A stretch of 64,000 nucleotides of DNA from Paragordius varius (Eukaryota > Animalia > Nematomorpha), in assembly GCA_964247055.1 (NCBI GenBank), contig OZ176054.1:5952001-6016000 (forward strand). The letters are read 5' to 3'. Below, one piece after another: positions 49,498 to 63,572 of this stretch. Each line of letters starts with the position of its first letter. Positions within the stretch are counted from its first letter, which is position 1. A program made the position numbers and the translations under genes. Under the pieces are notes generated by a model that saw only the letters and a list, made by a program, of their open reading frames with translations, had not been told where the DNA came from and did not search any database.

Positions 49498-52400
49498 ATG
49501 TCATATCACAACATATCGTCAGAAAACTTTGAAAATCATCAAAGTCATCAAGAAAAGGAATATCTGTCATCTATTAAATATAAAGCGTCTCCAGTCGTAA
49601 TTAATAGCTCCAGTGTTCATTCAAGGCAATTTTCACAAAGTTGTAATGATCTCTCACCAGAGCCACCTTTAACAATCGGTTCAACTTCGAATGTTTTAGT
49701 AAACCCACAAATTACATCTATGTCAACAACAATTGATCCATATATATCATTAAAATCATCTCCTAAATCAACTATTGATCCACTCCACTCTACCCACACT
49801 GAGTTATTACAAGTCCCTAGCGCGTTTGAAGCTAAATTCGATTCCCATAAGAAAGTTCAAATGCGACCAATAACTCCCTCAGCTTACAGTACGAATAGTG
49901 TCATGCAATTAAATAAACTCAAAAAATATAGTTTATTACCTCCCCTAACCTTTCGTTCGGCTAGGAAACGTACTCTAGGATCTCTAAGCATAAATCCACC
50001 CCCTTTACCGCCCCCCTCATCGATAACGGGTAAATCACGCCTTCGGTCGGCTCTTTCCTCCTTAACTCTGTTTAGTGGACCTCAACACGGTTGTTATGAA
50101 GAAGGCACAATTCACGACGCTTTAAATCGGTCAGATCAACCACCACCAAAGGCTAAGAGCAAACGTAATTGTAGTATTATATCAACTTTAACGAGCAAGA
50201 CAAACTCATCATCTGTGGCTCCTTATGTGAAGGATAACATGCTTTCACCCTATACGCAACACTATGCCACGATTACAATGTCCACGACAGATAAAAAAAA
50301 TAAGTTTAAACGACTATTTGCCAGTACAAGTGGTGAGGGTAGTGATGCAAATATCATAAGACAACAATACACCACTAATAATCCCAACAAAGCTCGGTTA
50401 AGTACAACAGTGTATCCCACAAGTTCGAAACCATCCCCAAACAAAAATGCTGACTATTATAATGTGTATGACCCGGGCGGCGGGGGTTTTCGACGTCGAA
50501 GTAGTTTGTGGACCACATACCTAAACAATTCGTTTTCACCAAACTCATCGAGTTACAATGGTCGATCTTGGCTTTGGACACCTTCGGTAATTGATTAATC
50601 ATTTTAGTTCCTTAGTTATAAAAAACACTGTTTTTAAGTAAAAACCTTTTAAATAACTCGTTTCAAAAACCTTATTGTTCTTTCAGTTATGGTAAACAAT
50701 TTTCCCCAATCACAAGTTTCTACTAGAATGAATTAGTTCGTTTTATTTATTTTTATCTGCTATCCTGCCTTTAATTTCCCATACATTAACACAAAGTTTC
50801 CTTTTATAAAACTTTTTTATGACTATTTAGTTTATATTAATGGACCGATTTTTTGAGCTTGACTTAAATTAAAAACATTTTGGCCCGATTTTTTCGGGGG
50901 TATTCAGTTTCATATTGGTTTAGTTTAAATATTTGGATTCATTAAAAATTAACAAACTATTATTAGATGAACAAACCATTTATTCCAAACTACTTATGAG
51001 TCGGACTCCTATTTTACCCTTTTTGTAAAAATGGATTTATTGACCTTTGTCTGCAATACTATTCGCAACTATAATTTAAAAAAACCATTTTCATTCATTT
51101 GTTTGCTTAATATATATATATATATATATATTATATTAATTTTTTTAAAAATAACTGCTAATCGGTTTATGGGGTAATCATCCGTTTTTAAAAAATATAT
51201 AAGATAAATATTTTGCAAAGTATATTTACGAATCTTTGAAATATACAAATATAATAATTAATAATTTTAAAAGCTTTTATGTTATATTTAGCTTCTACGT
51301 CCCTTCTCGCTCATTTATACATATGTTAATTTGTGGAAATATTTTTGGACAAAATTTTGCATTGTTATGCCGACCCATAATTGTTAACAACAATACTTAT
51401 TCGAAAGTAATGGACCCTTTTTTGTTATCATTCTTAAACCTTCCTTCATTATTACCGATTCGTCGTAAAATTATCAATAATGATTATAATACCCAATAAA
51501 TTAAGCTATCAGTTTAGATATATATATATATATATATTTACAAGGTTTGCTAAGATGGAAATATTTTTTAATGTATTTAAATTTAAAAACTAATTTAAAC
51601 TAAATATATTTATTCTTTTCTCTATGTTTAAAAAATAATAAAACGAATCATAGCATTTACATCGCAAATGGGTTCGATAAAATAAAAATAGCCTTTAACT
51701 ATCTTATAAAAAAAACCTGATTTGCAATTTAATATCAATAGTTGCAAGATAAGATTAATGTTGATGAATTGATTTAAAACAAATGTGCATTACATATTTT
51801 TAACATAATATTATGAGGTATTAGGGGGTTTACCAATTTTTTATTACTCTTAAAACATATATAAAAATTTATTTAAATCTTATATAATCAAATCATTATA
51901 TTTTAATGGTTTGTTTAAAAAATCATTTTGGTTAAATTTATTTCCATGCTACAAGTTATAATTTTTAATTTCAAAAAGATTTTTCCCTGCGCCTGAATTA
52001 GTTTAAACCCAATAAATATTTTATGATTCATTTTATTTTGTTTATAGCTTAAAGGGAATTTTTTGGATTCCCGAAAATCATAAAATTACTGCAAGATGAA
52101 TTTTAAATTTTTTATAGCTCTTAATACTTTGAACATTATATTAAAGGTAAGATTGTAAATTTTACATATACTTATTATAAAACTTGGATTACCAATTTAT
52201 TTTGAAACATGTATTCCACAAAGCGGCATTATAATTCAAATTAAATTTTGTAATTAGTAACGGCAATTAATATATAAAAAATAATTCAGTACTTCAAGCA
52301 ACTGTGATAAAGTCGAAACCATGATTTGTAAATCGGGCTTTTAAAGTACTTTTTCTAGAAAGAAAAAACTGGCACATCAAAAATAAATAAATTTATGAAT

Positions 52401-55400
52401 GACCTTAACCAGCCCTTAAGATTATTTTTTACAATAAATTTAGTGACTTATATAGGCTTATAATTTAACAAATATTTACTCAATATCGCTGACCAATAAT
52501 TATGAAAAATATCATATAATCGCTCCTTATCCAAATGGGGTTTTAATGGCTGGTATATAAAATTATATATTATACTATTTATATGGATTAAAACATTCCA
52601 GGAATTACCAAAACCAATTTTTTTAAACATAGATAAGAGTGGTAACGAAATAGGGCATTTCTAAAAAATCACACCCTTGAAAAGATTCAAATTTTTATGA
52701 TTTTTACGCATCGACTATATTGTGGGAGGCTTTTAATTTTGTAGACCACCAAAGAATGAAGATTTTTTGCATAAAACGTGGTTTTACTGGCGGTCGGGTT
52801 TAACACAAGGGCCAAAATTTACATTGGGGGCGTGTTCTACACATATTGTGGGTCATTTTCACAGTGCTAATTATAAAAACGCGCTTTTAGTATAGTAAAA
52901 ACTGATATACGGACAAAACGTAATGATATAAAGACAAATATTTTTATCTAAAAGACAACCATACTTTTTGAAATCTGATTTTTTCTCATATAAGCTATTT
53001 AGTTACAATTGTAAAATATAGAATTGATTATGTCAGTAATATATCTCTATTTCACACTGCCATTCTTTTAGAAAAAATATTTGTCTTTAAATTTTTACTT
53101 TTTGTCCGTATAATTTCATTTTTTACTGTATAAAAAACCTAAGACTAATTTTTATATGCTCCTATACGTTTCCCGGAAATGGTTTATAAAATAATTTTTG
53201 GGCATTTCTAAGAAATATTGTCGAATAGGTGCTAATTTAAAAATTAACTGGACAATTCTTGCCACACTCTTAAATGAAACAATATTTATCCTTAAAATGG
53301 GCCTACACATTTTACGGAAAATTCTCTAAAATCGACATTTACTTTTTTGCAAATATATAAATAGATTATGTGGCATCTAATAGTAGGAGATAAATTTCAC
53401 TCAAGGGAAATAAAAAGTTTTTGACCCTTGCTCTTAAAACTCCTCTTCATCTTTTTTTATACTTAAATCAATATTTTTATCAATAATTTTATATTTATAT
53501 ATGATAAGATCAGATTTCACATACATAGATAAATTACATGACTATTTTTTCCTGAAATTTTTGTATTTCAATGTACTCTTACCAACTTTAAATTCATATA
53601 CAGATTTCGTAACACTCTCGAAAATTAAAAGTGTTATATCTATACAAATCTATTTCATACGCATAGCAAAATTATCTTTGATAAAAATCTTGAATTCGCT
53701 TAAGACTTATAATACATATATGGTTTTAGCTACTAAACAATACAATAACGTAAAGTAGTTATCATTATAGATGTTAAAAGAAAAACTTATAAAGTATAGA
53801 GTTAGCTATTGTGTTCATTGACCTAATTGTATGAAATGTTAATTTATTAAAGATACGTTTAAAGATAGTTTTTAATGGATAATCTTATATATATCCTTAC
53901 ATGCACAACTTTTAAGATATTAAGATAAATTGAAAACAAGTCAAGTAACCAACCAATTTTTAGTTACTTCAACCTAAGATTAATGATGCTTGTTTTCAAG
54001 GATTAAGTTTTATCGTGAAATATATCATTCAAAAATGCCAAACGCCAGCAAATTAACTTTTAATTAACTTTTTTAGAGTTTGTCAAATATATATATACAT
54101 ATATATATATATATATTTGACAGAAAACTCATAATTTAACAATAGGTCCGTATTAATAAAATTGATAGGTTACACCTAAATGTTAGATTTTTTTATTTTT
54201 CTTTAATTAACTCATTTTTTAGGGAGACTTTCTTTACATTAAATATTATGTTACAAAATGGAGTTTAACCATATTTTTTATATGTTGCAAATTAAAATTA
54301 ATATGTATAACCCGAATTACTCTTTGATTTTATACAGGGTTCGGGGTTAATTTATATGAGTTAGCATTTAAAATTATTAATATTATATATTAAGCAGATA
54401 TAATTCCACTACTAACCCTAATCGATTTTCTGACCCACTCCATATACTTCAAACGAATAATTTATAAATATGTATATAATAATCTAAATTTACTTTACTA
54501 ACATATATATATATATATATATATATAAATTATGTATGTCAGAGATTCGTTGGTGTCTTTCTCGTTCTAATTTTTAACTCCAATCAAAATAAAATCCAGG
54601 AAATACGTATCAATATTAATTATTTACGTAGGCAATTTTGTTATAAAAGATGATGATGTAACAATATAAAACTATAAAGAAATAATTATACTTAATAATT
54701 TTGAGATGTCAAAAAACCAAATTATGCATTTTGCGCTGCTTAGATTTTTGTTATATAAATCATCCTACATTCTTACCTTAAAAAATGCTATTATCTTACA
54801 AAGCCAAATTTTGATTCAAATTTTATCAATCATGATTCATAAAATTATATAAAATGTAATTAACTAACAGGATTTTAATAATAAAGATTTATTTTAATCC
54901 CTTATTCTTCATATCCTAATATATATGTATTTATATCGCTCATTTTTATGACAAAAGAAAATTGAAAAAAACACTTGGATATTCATTACGGGGATGCCAG
55001 TTTGTTTAACAGCCATAGATATTAACAACACTGCAGATTATGAGTTACCATTTTTGCAGAGGTGTGCTCTCCATCGATTACATGCTTGGGATATGTGTAA
55101 ATCTATTGCATTTCAATACAATCTCAAAAGTATATTATAACTTATTAATAATGAGAATTATTAATTTTAACTATTTAATAAATAATATATTTTTCCAATT
55201 TTTTACTCGATAAAAATTTTATATGTAGTTCAAACAGTTAATATTAATTGTAAAAATATTTTTTGTATTCCTTAGTACCATCAGTATTAATCCTTACGAA
55301 TAGTAATTTGAAACATTCGAAATTTTTCAATAAACGACGAAGCTCTAGCAATTTCAGCTTACCAGATATATTGCGTTTACGAAGAAAATGTAAATATATT

Positions 55401-57609
55401 TCAATTCAAAATTTTAACTTGGATTTCTAATATTTATTTTTAATCGTTATTTTAATTAATATTTGTAAATATAATGCATGATACATTTTAGCAAAAGGCT
55501 TGGTATTTGGTATACCAATTACTAAAGCACTTGAATACGATGAACGAGTAATCTTAGAATCTTCACGCCACCAGAGGAAAAATTTCCAATCTCAGCAACA
55601 AAAACGTAAACAATCGACGCCATTGGTAATTTATGAAAATTTTATAATAATTAATATTTTATGTTTTAATTTTTAAAAATAATTATTTTGTTAAATCTGA
55701 CTGCCAGGTTTTTGGTTCCAAAACAATTACAACTGAAATGGTTATTTATTTTGGCAGAAAATGCTATTAGCAAAGTTCTTAAAATTGCATTATAAATATT
55801 AACAAAAATTCTTAAAATTTTTTGATATATTAAATGATTTGTCTTGAAAAATTATCATATCAATGGAAATAATCAATTAAAATTATATGGTGGCAATCCA
55901 ATTATATTAGATTTAAAGCAATTACCATGCGTTTAACAACGTTAGGTTTTGATTGACCATTTAATAGGTTCGTAATTACTTATAATTCTAGCTATTAAAC
56001 CCTGAGTCATATTTTTGGGCTTGTATATTTAATTGTAAACAGTAACCAAAAATTTTTGTTTTAAAATAAGTTTTTTGCATTTCCTTAAAATGACCGAATT
56101 AACATTCTATGACATGTTTCATTGTTATACTCTGTGCATGAATCAAAATTGTGAATTAATTTATATTAGCTCTAAAATTTTCCCGCTTTTATCTATAACC
56201 ATATGTTTTACGATTTTAGGATTAGGTGATGCCTTTAAATTTGCCAAAATCATATCTATATATGGCTTACGGATTATTTATATAAATGAACCCAAATTTA
56301 TTTTTTAAAAGAAAAATGTTATCTTATATATGTGTAATTGTTCAGTTGAATAGATCAACTTAACAACGATAAATATAATTTTTATTTGTGGCTATATAAA
56401 TATTTTTAAAAGGCGACTTTGTCATGGACCAATAATACCGCGACACGAAAAGCTTCTGAAAATGTATTTACAACGCGTCCTGCAACGGTAATGGAAACCC
56501 GAATTCCTGAACCAGTGAATACAACGATAAAAACGGATGAAAGTGATGGTGACTCTCTGCTTAAACCACTTAAAATACCATTGTTTGTTCAAAACTGTTT
56601 AACATATTTGGAAACTAAATGTAAAGTTTCTTATATATGTAATTGATATACTTATTAACAAATAAATTTGTCATATTAAGGTTAAAGAATTGCACTAATT
56701 TATGAATGTACTGCAGATTTTACTCATTTGCCCATCTCGATATGTTTTTATATTCTTTCTGCCATTATTCATCATTTATTTGTTTAATATGCGAAATTTA
56801 AAAGGGAAAATATAAAATTTCTTTAAATGCAATCTCTATTTATTGTTTATGATATTCTATAGGTTTGAATGTTCAAGGGATATTCCGTGTGAGTTGTTCG
56901 AAAAAACGAATGAAATTGGTAATATTTAATCTTATTAAATTTCAATTTATATCCCCTTATTTTTTACTTGAACAGTTGAAAGAAGAAATTGATACAGGCA
57001 AAAAAGTTTATCTCCAAGACAATCCAAGCCCTCATGATATAGCAGGATTGCTTAAAGAATATTTTCGAGAATTACCCGAACCTTTAATGACCGATGAATT
57101 ACATCAATCATTTTTGGCCACACGTGGTATGTAAATATCTATATATCGCCTTTTATGAAACTATTGAAGATCGATATATACATATACTATAATATATTCT
57201 ATTCTTTTTTATATAATACGTTTTAAATGGTATTTCCCAGACTTTAGTCTTATATTTTGCAAACAGTGTTGTTAAAGGATTTAAATAGTATAGTAATAGG
57301 TTGGAAATTGAAAATGCTTCAAACATAAACACAGAAGTTTACATAGATAAATTGTAAAATTTTGGATTTGTATAAATATTCTGGACAATATATTAGAGTG
57401 GCAGACTTGATGTTAGTGAAGTAACAATATTTATAAAAATTATTTCCATTCGAAAGGTTTCGAAAATGATTCAGCCCAAATTCGAGTATTGAATTATTTG
57501 CTGTGCCTTTTACCACCAACTAACCGAAATACTTTGAGAGCATTGCTTGAATTTCTGCACACGGTGGCCGAACATTCATCTGACATTACGAATGACAAAG
57601 GCGAATTGG

Positions 57610-57649
<40 letters not shown>

Positions 57650-60600
57650 TTTTTCATATATCCAATTTTTATTACTGGTGATTCACATATTTAATATAAT
57701 GCAAAAAAAATTTACAAAAATAATTAAACGGCTAATTCCAAGGTTATTTTGTGAATAATGTCTGTATATTATGATACTAACTTTGATAAAAGAAACTAAA
57801 TTTCTTTAAAAAAAATATATAATTTATGAAAACTCTATATTAAGGTTTACGGAAATAAAATGGATGCCCAAAATTTGGCTCTAATTTTTGGACCCAATAT
57901 ATTACATTCATATCGATTACAAAAATTGGACATCAACAAATACAATGAAGAAATGATGGAAGAACGTAAGGATGCCATCAAAGTCATTCAATTTATGATA
58001 GAACATGTCCACAACTTATTTAAGGTAAAGTTAAGATTTAAGTATCGAAATTAGTTCATAGTAAAGCATTGTTTTGTAACGGGTACCCATTTTATTTTTA
58101 TTTTAATATTTTGAGTTGTGTGATATTTGTATTGCTGCAAATGACCATTTTATCCTTGCATATTATATTTTCCAGGTCGATGCCAGTTTGCTAAATGATA
58201 CATATATATTATTGTCAAAGGAACAACCTCAATTACTTGATTACACCATGCATCAACGTTACAACAAACTTATGTAATTATACTTACTAATTTAATCCAA
58301 ATTTGAAAATCAAAATTAAATGATTGAAAAATGTTAATCCTTAAATTATCTTTGATGGTAAATGCATATAAAATCTCATTTTTGTAAAATAGAACTGCGG
58401 AGGAACAGGCTATAGCAGCTGCTGATGAAGATGACGATTTCATGAATGAAAACGAAGATTACGAAGAATATCAAACACTTCAGGTCCCGACACTCAATCG
58501 AAACAAAAATAATTGTCGCGAAATATTTTACCCTGCTACTAAAAGCTTGGCCTCTAAATTTTCTAATTATCCTTCTCGGGATATAATTACGTACGAAAAT
58601 GTTTACCCAGGGATTCAAAGTCAAAAGCGTACCAGTTACACCACTGGAGGGCTAGACTACTTTGGAAGGAAAAGTTGTAACGATTGTTACAGAGACGATA
58701 GCAAAAATGATGCAACTATGCATAAAAAGCAATTTAATCAATTATCACACTTTGTACGTATTAAGAAACATCATTTGTTACCACCGATAGAGAGAGGAAA
58801 ATCACCAACCCTAACTGATTTGTCTTATGCTCCAAGTGATACATCGACTGCTTCCACGTCAAGTTATCGCGAAATTTATAGGCATAATGTACAACGTCAA
58901 CCTAAAGGGAAACAAAATACCAAACCGGGTTGCTATCTTACTAGAGGTGTACTTCTGCCCAGTGCGAAAGACCACAATGTTTCTACTCTCATTAACAACT
59001 ATAATAATAATCGAGGAAATGGTGCCAAAATTATAGTTGAATGTTGTTGTCAAAATCCCGAAAAGTGTCACCTACAGCAACAACAGCCTTCGTTCCAAGA
59101 ATCTTCTGTTGGAATTAATAGCGGACAAGACGGAAATTGTAATACGATGCTGACAGAAAAAGAGGAAAATGATATGTTAGTTCACAAGTCACCTAACAAC
59201 AAAAATGAAAATGAGGAAAGCGCATATTCATCGTTTGATAATATCCTCTCTGATACAGGTAAATCTATATATTGTCCATCTACATCTCTCTTTCAGTCCC
59301 CTACATTATCAGCCGTTTATGATGCAGAAAAAGTTTCTCATAGAGACCCAACCACCTATTCCTCTCATATGATGCGAAAAAATCGCAATATGTTTGAAAA
59401 ATCCTTTTTGACCCAACAAACAAAAGATCTCTCTAAACATCCGACTGCAAGAATTCTTCCCACAATTAATCAACCATTCTTGTCATCGGCTAATGCCAAA
59501 GAACGTAAAAATCGTTATTATAAAGATTATCACCTTGATATATGTCGCAAAAGCTTTACTATCCCACCAAATAAAAATGGAGCGGTTGGTTCTAACACTA
59601 ATTTGGACAATTCAGATACATTAGGTAATATTCCAGCATTTACGAAATCGCATTTATACCGTAATTCACTACCATTTATGCATGATAATGGACAAAGAAA
59701 AAATTCTTCTAATGCTACACCTAACAGTACAAAAAGGGGTAATGCATTTATGTTGAAATAATATTTATCAAGGCTCCGAACCGGAACCACATGGAACCGG
59801 TTCGTGGAACAGGAATCCGTTGGGTGTGGAACCTAGTTCCGGTTAAAATTATAAATAAATCACCCCGGTTTCCACTCCAAAATAAGTGCCATATGTTTTA
59901 ATTCATAAAAATAAAATTGTTTAAATTACAGTATGAGTAAGTATACATTGCTAGAAAGTTATTGATTATTGCCAAATAACATATGCAGCAATGATAATTA
60001 TTATTGAATAATAGTAAAAAGGGAAAAAATAATTATAAGCCAATAATAGTACCCTTTGTTGTATATGCTATTTGGCAATAATTAATAACTTTCTAGCAAT
60101 GTTTACTTAACTGTATTTATTTAGATTGATTATATTTGATAACTTTTTTTTTGTTTCCTATAAAAACGGAAACCCATTATAATTTTAATATTTATTGTCA
60201 TGTCATTTTTTGAAAAAATAGATAACATTTTTCTAATAGCCAATTGAAAAATTACAATGTTGACAATTTTTTCTAAATATCTACCTTTAACACTTGACCA
60301 CAGACATAATTATTTACGTAAATTTTAATTTAACCTATAAATTAATGAATAAACTATCGATAATAAAAGACCACATTCAAGATATTGAAGTATATCTTAA
60401 TAAAGAAAATATAGTATCCAGGTTATGTCTTCCTATATTCTATTTTGAAAAAATTTAATGTTAGCGAAGTAGTCTGACGATCCATTTGCTTGGACAATAA
60501 TTTTTTTGATAAATAAAAATTTCACCCATTTAAATGAAATGCTCTTATAACCAATATTTGTAACATTTGGTTATTTAATTTTTGAAATAATTGTTTCATT

Positions 60601-62053
60601 TACAATTGTTGATATTTTGGTTTAAATTATTATAATTAAAATGTTGTTTGAAAAGCATTTTATAAAAAGTTGGGCAAAAATGCAACCCTAATATATAGAT
60701 CCCGTCCCGTCACGCCGTTTTTTTAAGGAAGTTCCGGTTCCAAAAACTGTTAGGAACCAGGCCGGGGACAACCATCCAGGAACCCCGGTTCAGGTTCTAT
60801 TAGACACGGTTCGAAGCCCCTTATATAAATTTTAATCTTGTCCGAAAATTATGTATAATTACGTATTTACAGGAACAATTTTACTCCAACCTCCAAATGT
60901 GCAAGCCTCACCATCGACGTCTCCATCTAACTTTTCTTCTTCTACATGTTTATCCCAAGGTTATGAATCTGGAGGGGGAGTCAGTTCTGGCCGTGAGGGT
61001 TCCGCTCACCCTGTAATGAGGAAACAAAGAAACTATAGGTATTTTGCAAATATGATGTCTCCTAAGATAAATGCGGTATAAATTGATGCATGAAGAATAT
61101 ATTCCATTTACAGTTCAAAACCCTTAAACAATTCAAATTCACCCTTGAACAATTCAAACTCACCCTAAAATAAATTATGTGTTTTTTAAAATTACCTATA
61201 TTTTATATATTTTAAAAAAAAATACGTTTAAAATTGAAAAAATAATAAACTATAAGATTAAATTTCTTTTTAATAATGAGTTATATTAGGCTGAAAACAC
61301 ATAATTAGGGTGAATTTGAATTGTTCAAGGGTGAATTCGAATTGTTCGAGGATGAACTTGAATATTAAATGGTATATATATTATATGATCTTTTATGATT
61401 ATAGATACAACTATCAGCAAAATATAGTCCCCACCCTTTATCACGAAAACCCCATTAAAGCAGACAATCTTTCTACAAACGATGAACCAAATACATCTGT
61501 AACGGAAGATGGGGATAATAAACAGTTAAATAAAGTTGATAATAACAGCAACGAAAATTATTTTACTCCAGATAATCCAAATACTATACCAAAGATTTGT
61601 ATACTTCCCACAATGACTGAATCAAATATGGAATTTGCTACCAAAGAAAAAGATGTACCTCGATTGATTAATGCCAAAGATACCGATAACGAAACGAGTT
61701 CAACCGAATGCTCGCCTGGTCCATCCTACCATTATCATCCATCGACCGCTAATAAAAGCTATCGCAAAAATTCGCTAAAACGATTGCATAAAAGTTTGAG
61801 TGAAACACGGTTTAAAGCTATTAAAGAAGCTGGTACCGAAAATATTACGGAAGATACATGGTCATTTAACAAGGGCAATACCAATAACTTTAAAAACACA
61901 AAATTATCAAAACGGCAAAGCTTCAAGCAAGCGCAAATCATTGACCTATCCACTGCCATGGGAAAAAAGACAACTGAGTCAGTTGCTCCAAACGAAGAAA
62001 ATAAGTGCAATACAACGAAAAGCAATAGGAAACAAAAAGAAACGCTTGTTTAA
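49498..62053 (+). CDS. ARHGAP6: Rho GTPase-activating protein, ARHGAP6/ARHGAP36 family, about 1493 aa in my exon model
   Basis: Exons 49498-50586, 54958-55096, 55276-55389, 55492-55625, 56413-56620, 56863-56918, 56976-57126, 57457-57608, 57845-58024, 58176-58273, 58393-59738, 60873-61038 and 61405-62053; all GT-AG, phases consistent. Motifs: VFGIPI, QGIFRVSCSKKR (arginine finger), HDIAGLLKEYFRELPEPLMT, LLPPTNRNTL, GNKMDAQNLALIFGPNIL. The family-specific N-terminal TW...LQRCALHRL and C-terminal ETLV also match. Linkage of exon 1 and the last two exons is less certain than the GAP core. Confidence 0.9.
52884..53130. repeat. Imperfect inverted repeat (about 65-bp arms, MITE-like) in RhoGAP intron 1
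   Basis: tatagtaaaaactgatatacggacaaaa...aagacaaatatttttatctaaaaga versus tcttttagaaaaaatatttgtcttt...ttttgtccgtata...ttttactgta. Confidence 0.7.
59769..60821. mobile_element. hAT-like non-autonomous element in a RhoGAP intron, with a nested ~42-bp-arm inverted repeat (59944-60104)
   Basis: Ends CAAGGCTCCGAACCG and CGGTTCGAAGCCCCT, with clustered GGAACC/GGTTCC subterminal motifs; no clear 8-bp TSD. Inner arms are acattgctagaaagttattgattattgccaaata and its near-exact inverse. Confidence 0.6.
61104..61372. mobile_element. Small foldback MITE with CCATTT termini and 21-bp subrepeats, in the last RhoGAP intron
   Basis: CCATTT at 61104 and AAATGG|TA at 61367-61372. Arms carry about 3 copies of TTCAAATTCACCCTTGAACAA in opposite orientations. 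Confidence 0.8.
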
Positions 62054-63572
62054 ATTAATATGTAGAAATTTAGACAATTAATATTTATGAAAATTTTATG
62101 TTGTATACTTGATTTACAAATTAGTAAATGCAATAAATTTTATTTTTATAACTTAATTAACTAAATTCTCTAAAAGAATTAACCTTAGCTATTCATTTGA
62201 TCAAAATTTTTAATAAAACAATATTAAGAGCGAAATATAATATTTTCATTTACAAAGGTGCGCCAGCGTAACAAAGGAATTATTAGCATAGTTTATACTA
62301 TATAATAACACCGACAACGATATGATGGTTAAACAAAAAATTATACTTCAAGCCCAAGAATAGTACTTTGATGTTTCTTTGATATTTTTGGTTTTGAAAA
62401 AGTTTTTGAATATATTAGGGGGAATGTGCAACCGTTTTTGTTTCTTCCGGTTTTACATTGCCAAAAAACCGTTTTTGACCAAATGATTCCGATTTTAAAT
62501 TTGTGAATAAGGATTTGCTCTCGATTCTAGTTTTTTGCAAACATAATTGGTTCCGAATCCGCCATTCCTTTTCAAATTGTTTTTACATCGTCCCTATTTT
62601 TTTTAATCAATATCTGATTTTTGATTGAATAGCTACAATCCTAAATACAAAACTATAAAATATGGTATCCAACGATAATTTTTGATGGCATTAAATCACT
62701 AGACATAAAAATATATTTTATTGTGCATATAAAAAATGAATAGATATTATTGTGTTTTTAGTTTAGCAGTCTTAAAATTTAGGCTGGTTTTGTCAATGGC
62801 TTTATTTTTACACTAGATTAAAAGGCTTTAAAGTTTTTTAAAAAAAATTTTTAACTGATATCGTATCAGGGAGAGACCCTGTCAAGCTTATCCTTGACAG
62901 ATTTAATGATGAATGAATATTTTGTTTATAGTAATGGAGAACATTTAAATTATTAAATTATAGTATGGGATCGCGAAATTACCAAATGTTTTTTGCCTTC
63001 CTGCATAAATCGTAAAAATCGACACCTTCGCCATGGTAAGGTTGGTATCTCAAAAAAATAACAAAGGCGTGTACCTTTTCAAGTGAACCTTAGAATATCG
63101 CTTTTAAGCTCTCTTTAAACGTATATGATCATTGTTTTTTGAATCTACTCGTTTTTCGTATAATTTTACCGCATTCTCATACTCGCCAACGTTAGCTTGC
63201 AAATCAATTATAAGTACGCCCATAATTTAATTTCGATATCCCACCGATTAATTGCGTAACACTTACAAATTTTCTTCACATGTCCTTCGATTCAAATAGG
63301 GTAGGTGGTAACACCAGTGTTAAAATTAAATACTTTATGAAAGGAAAATATAAAATTTCAAAAGTTTGCACTTACATAACGTTGTTGAAGCAAATTATAT
63401 ATAATCAAAATAATTTGTTAATTTTATTTATACATTCTCCTAAAGGCTTAGAATGATAAATATAGATTATTTTGTTGAGTATAGACCCAATTATTTGTTA
63501 ATTATATTTATTCAAAGGTTACTCAAGTTTTAGCTATATTATCAAAAAAGCACTATATTTTTTCATATTTTA

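Noticed and set aside
62990-63300. Minus-strand peptide DLQANVGEYENAVKLYEK, vaguely like alpha-SNAP/TPR
   Set aside because: Short, interrupted by stops, and without a consistent exon structure.
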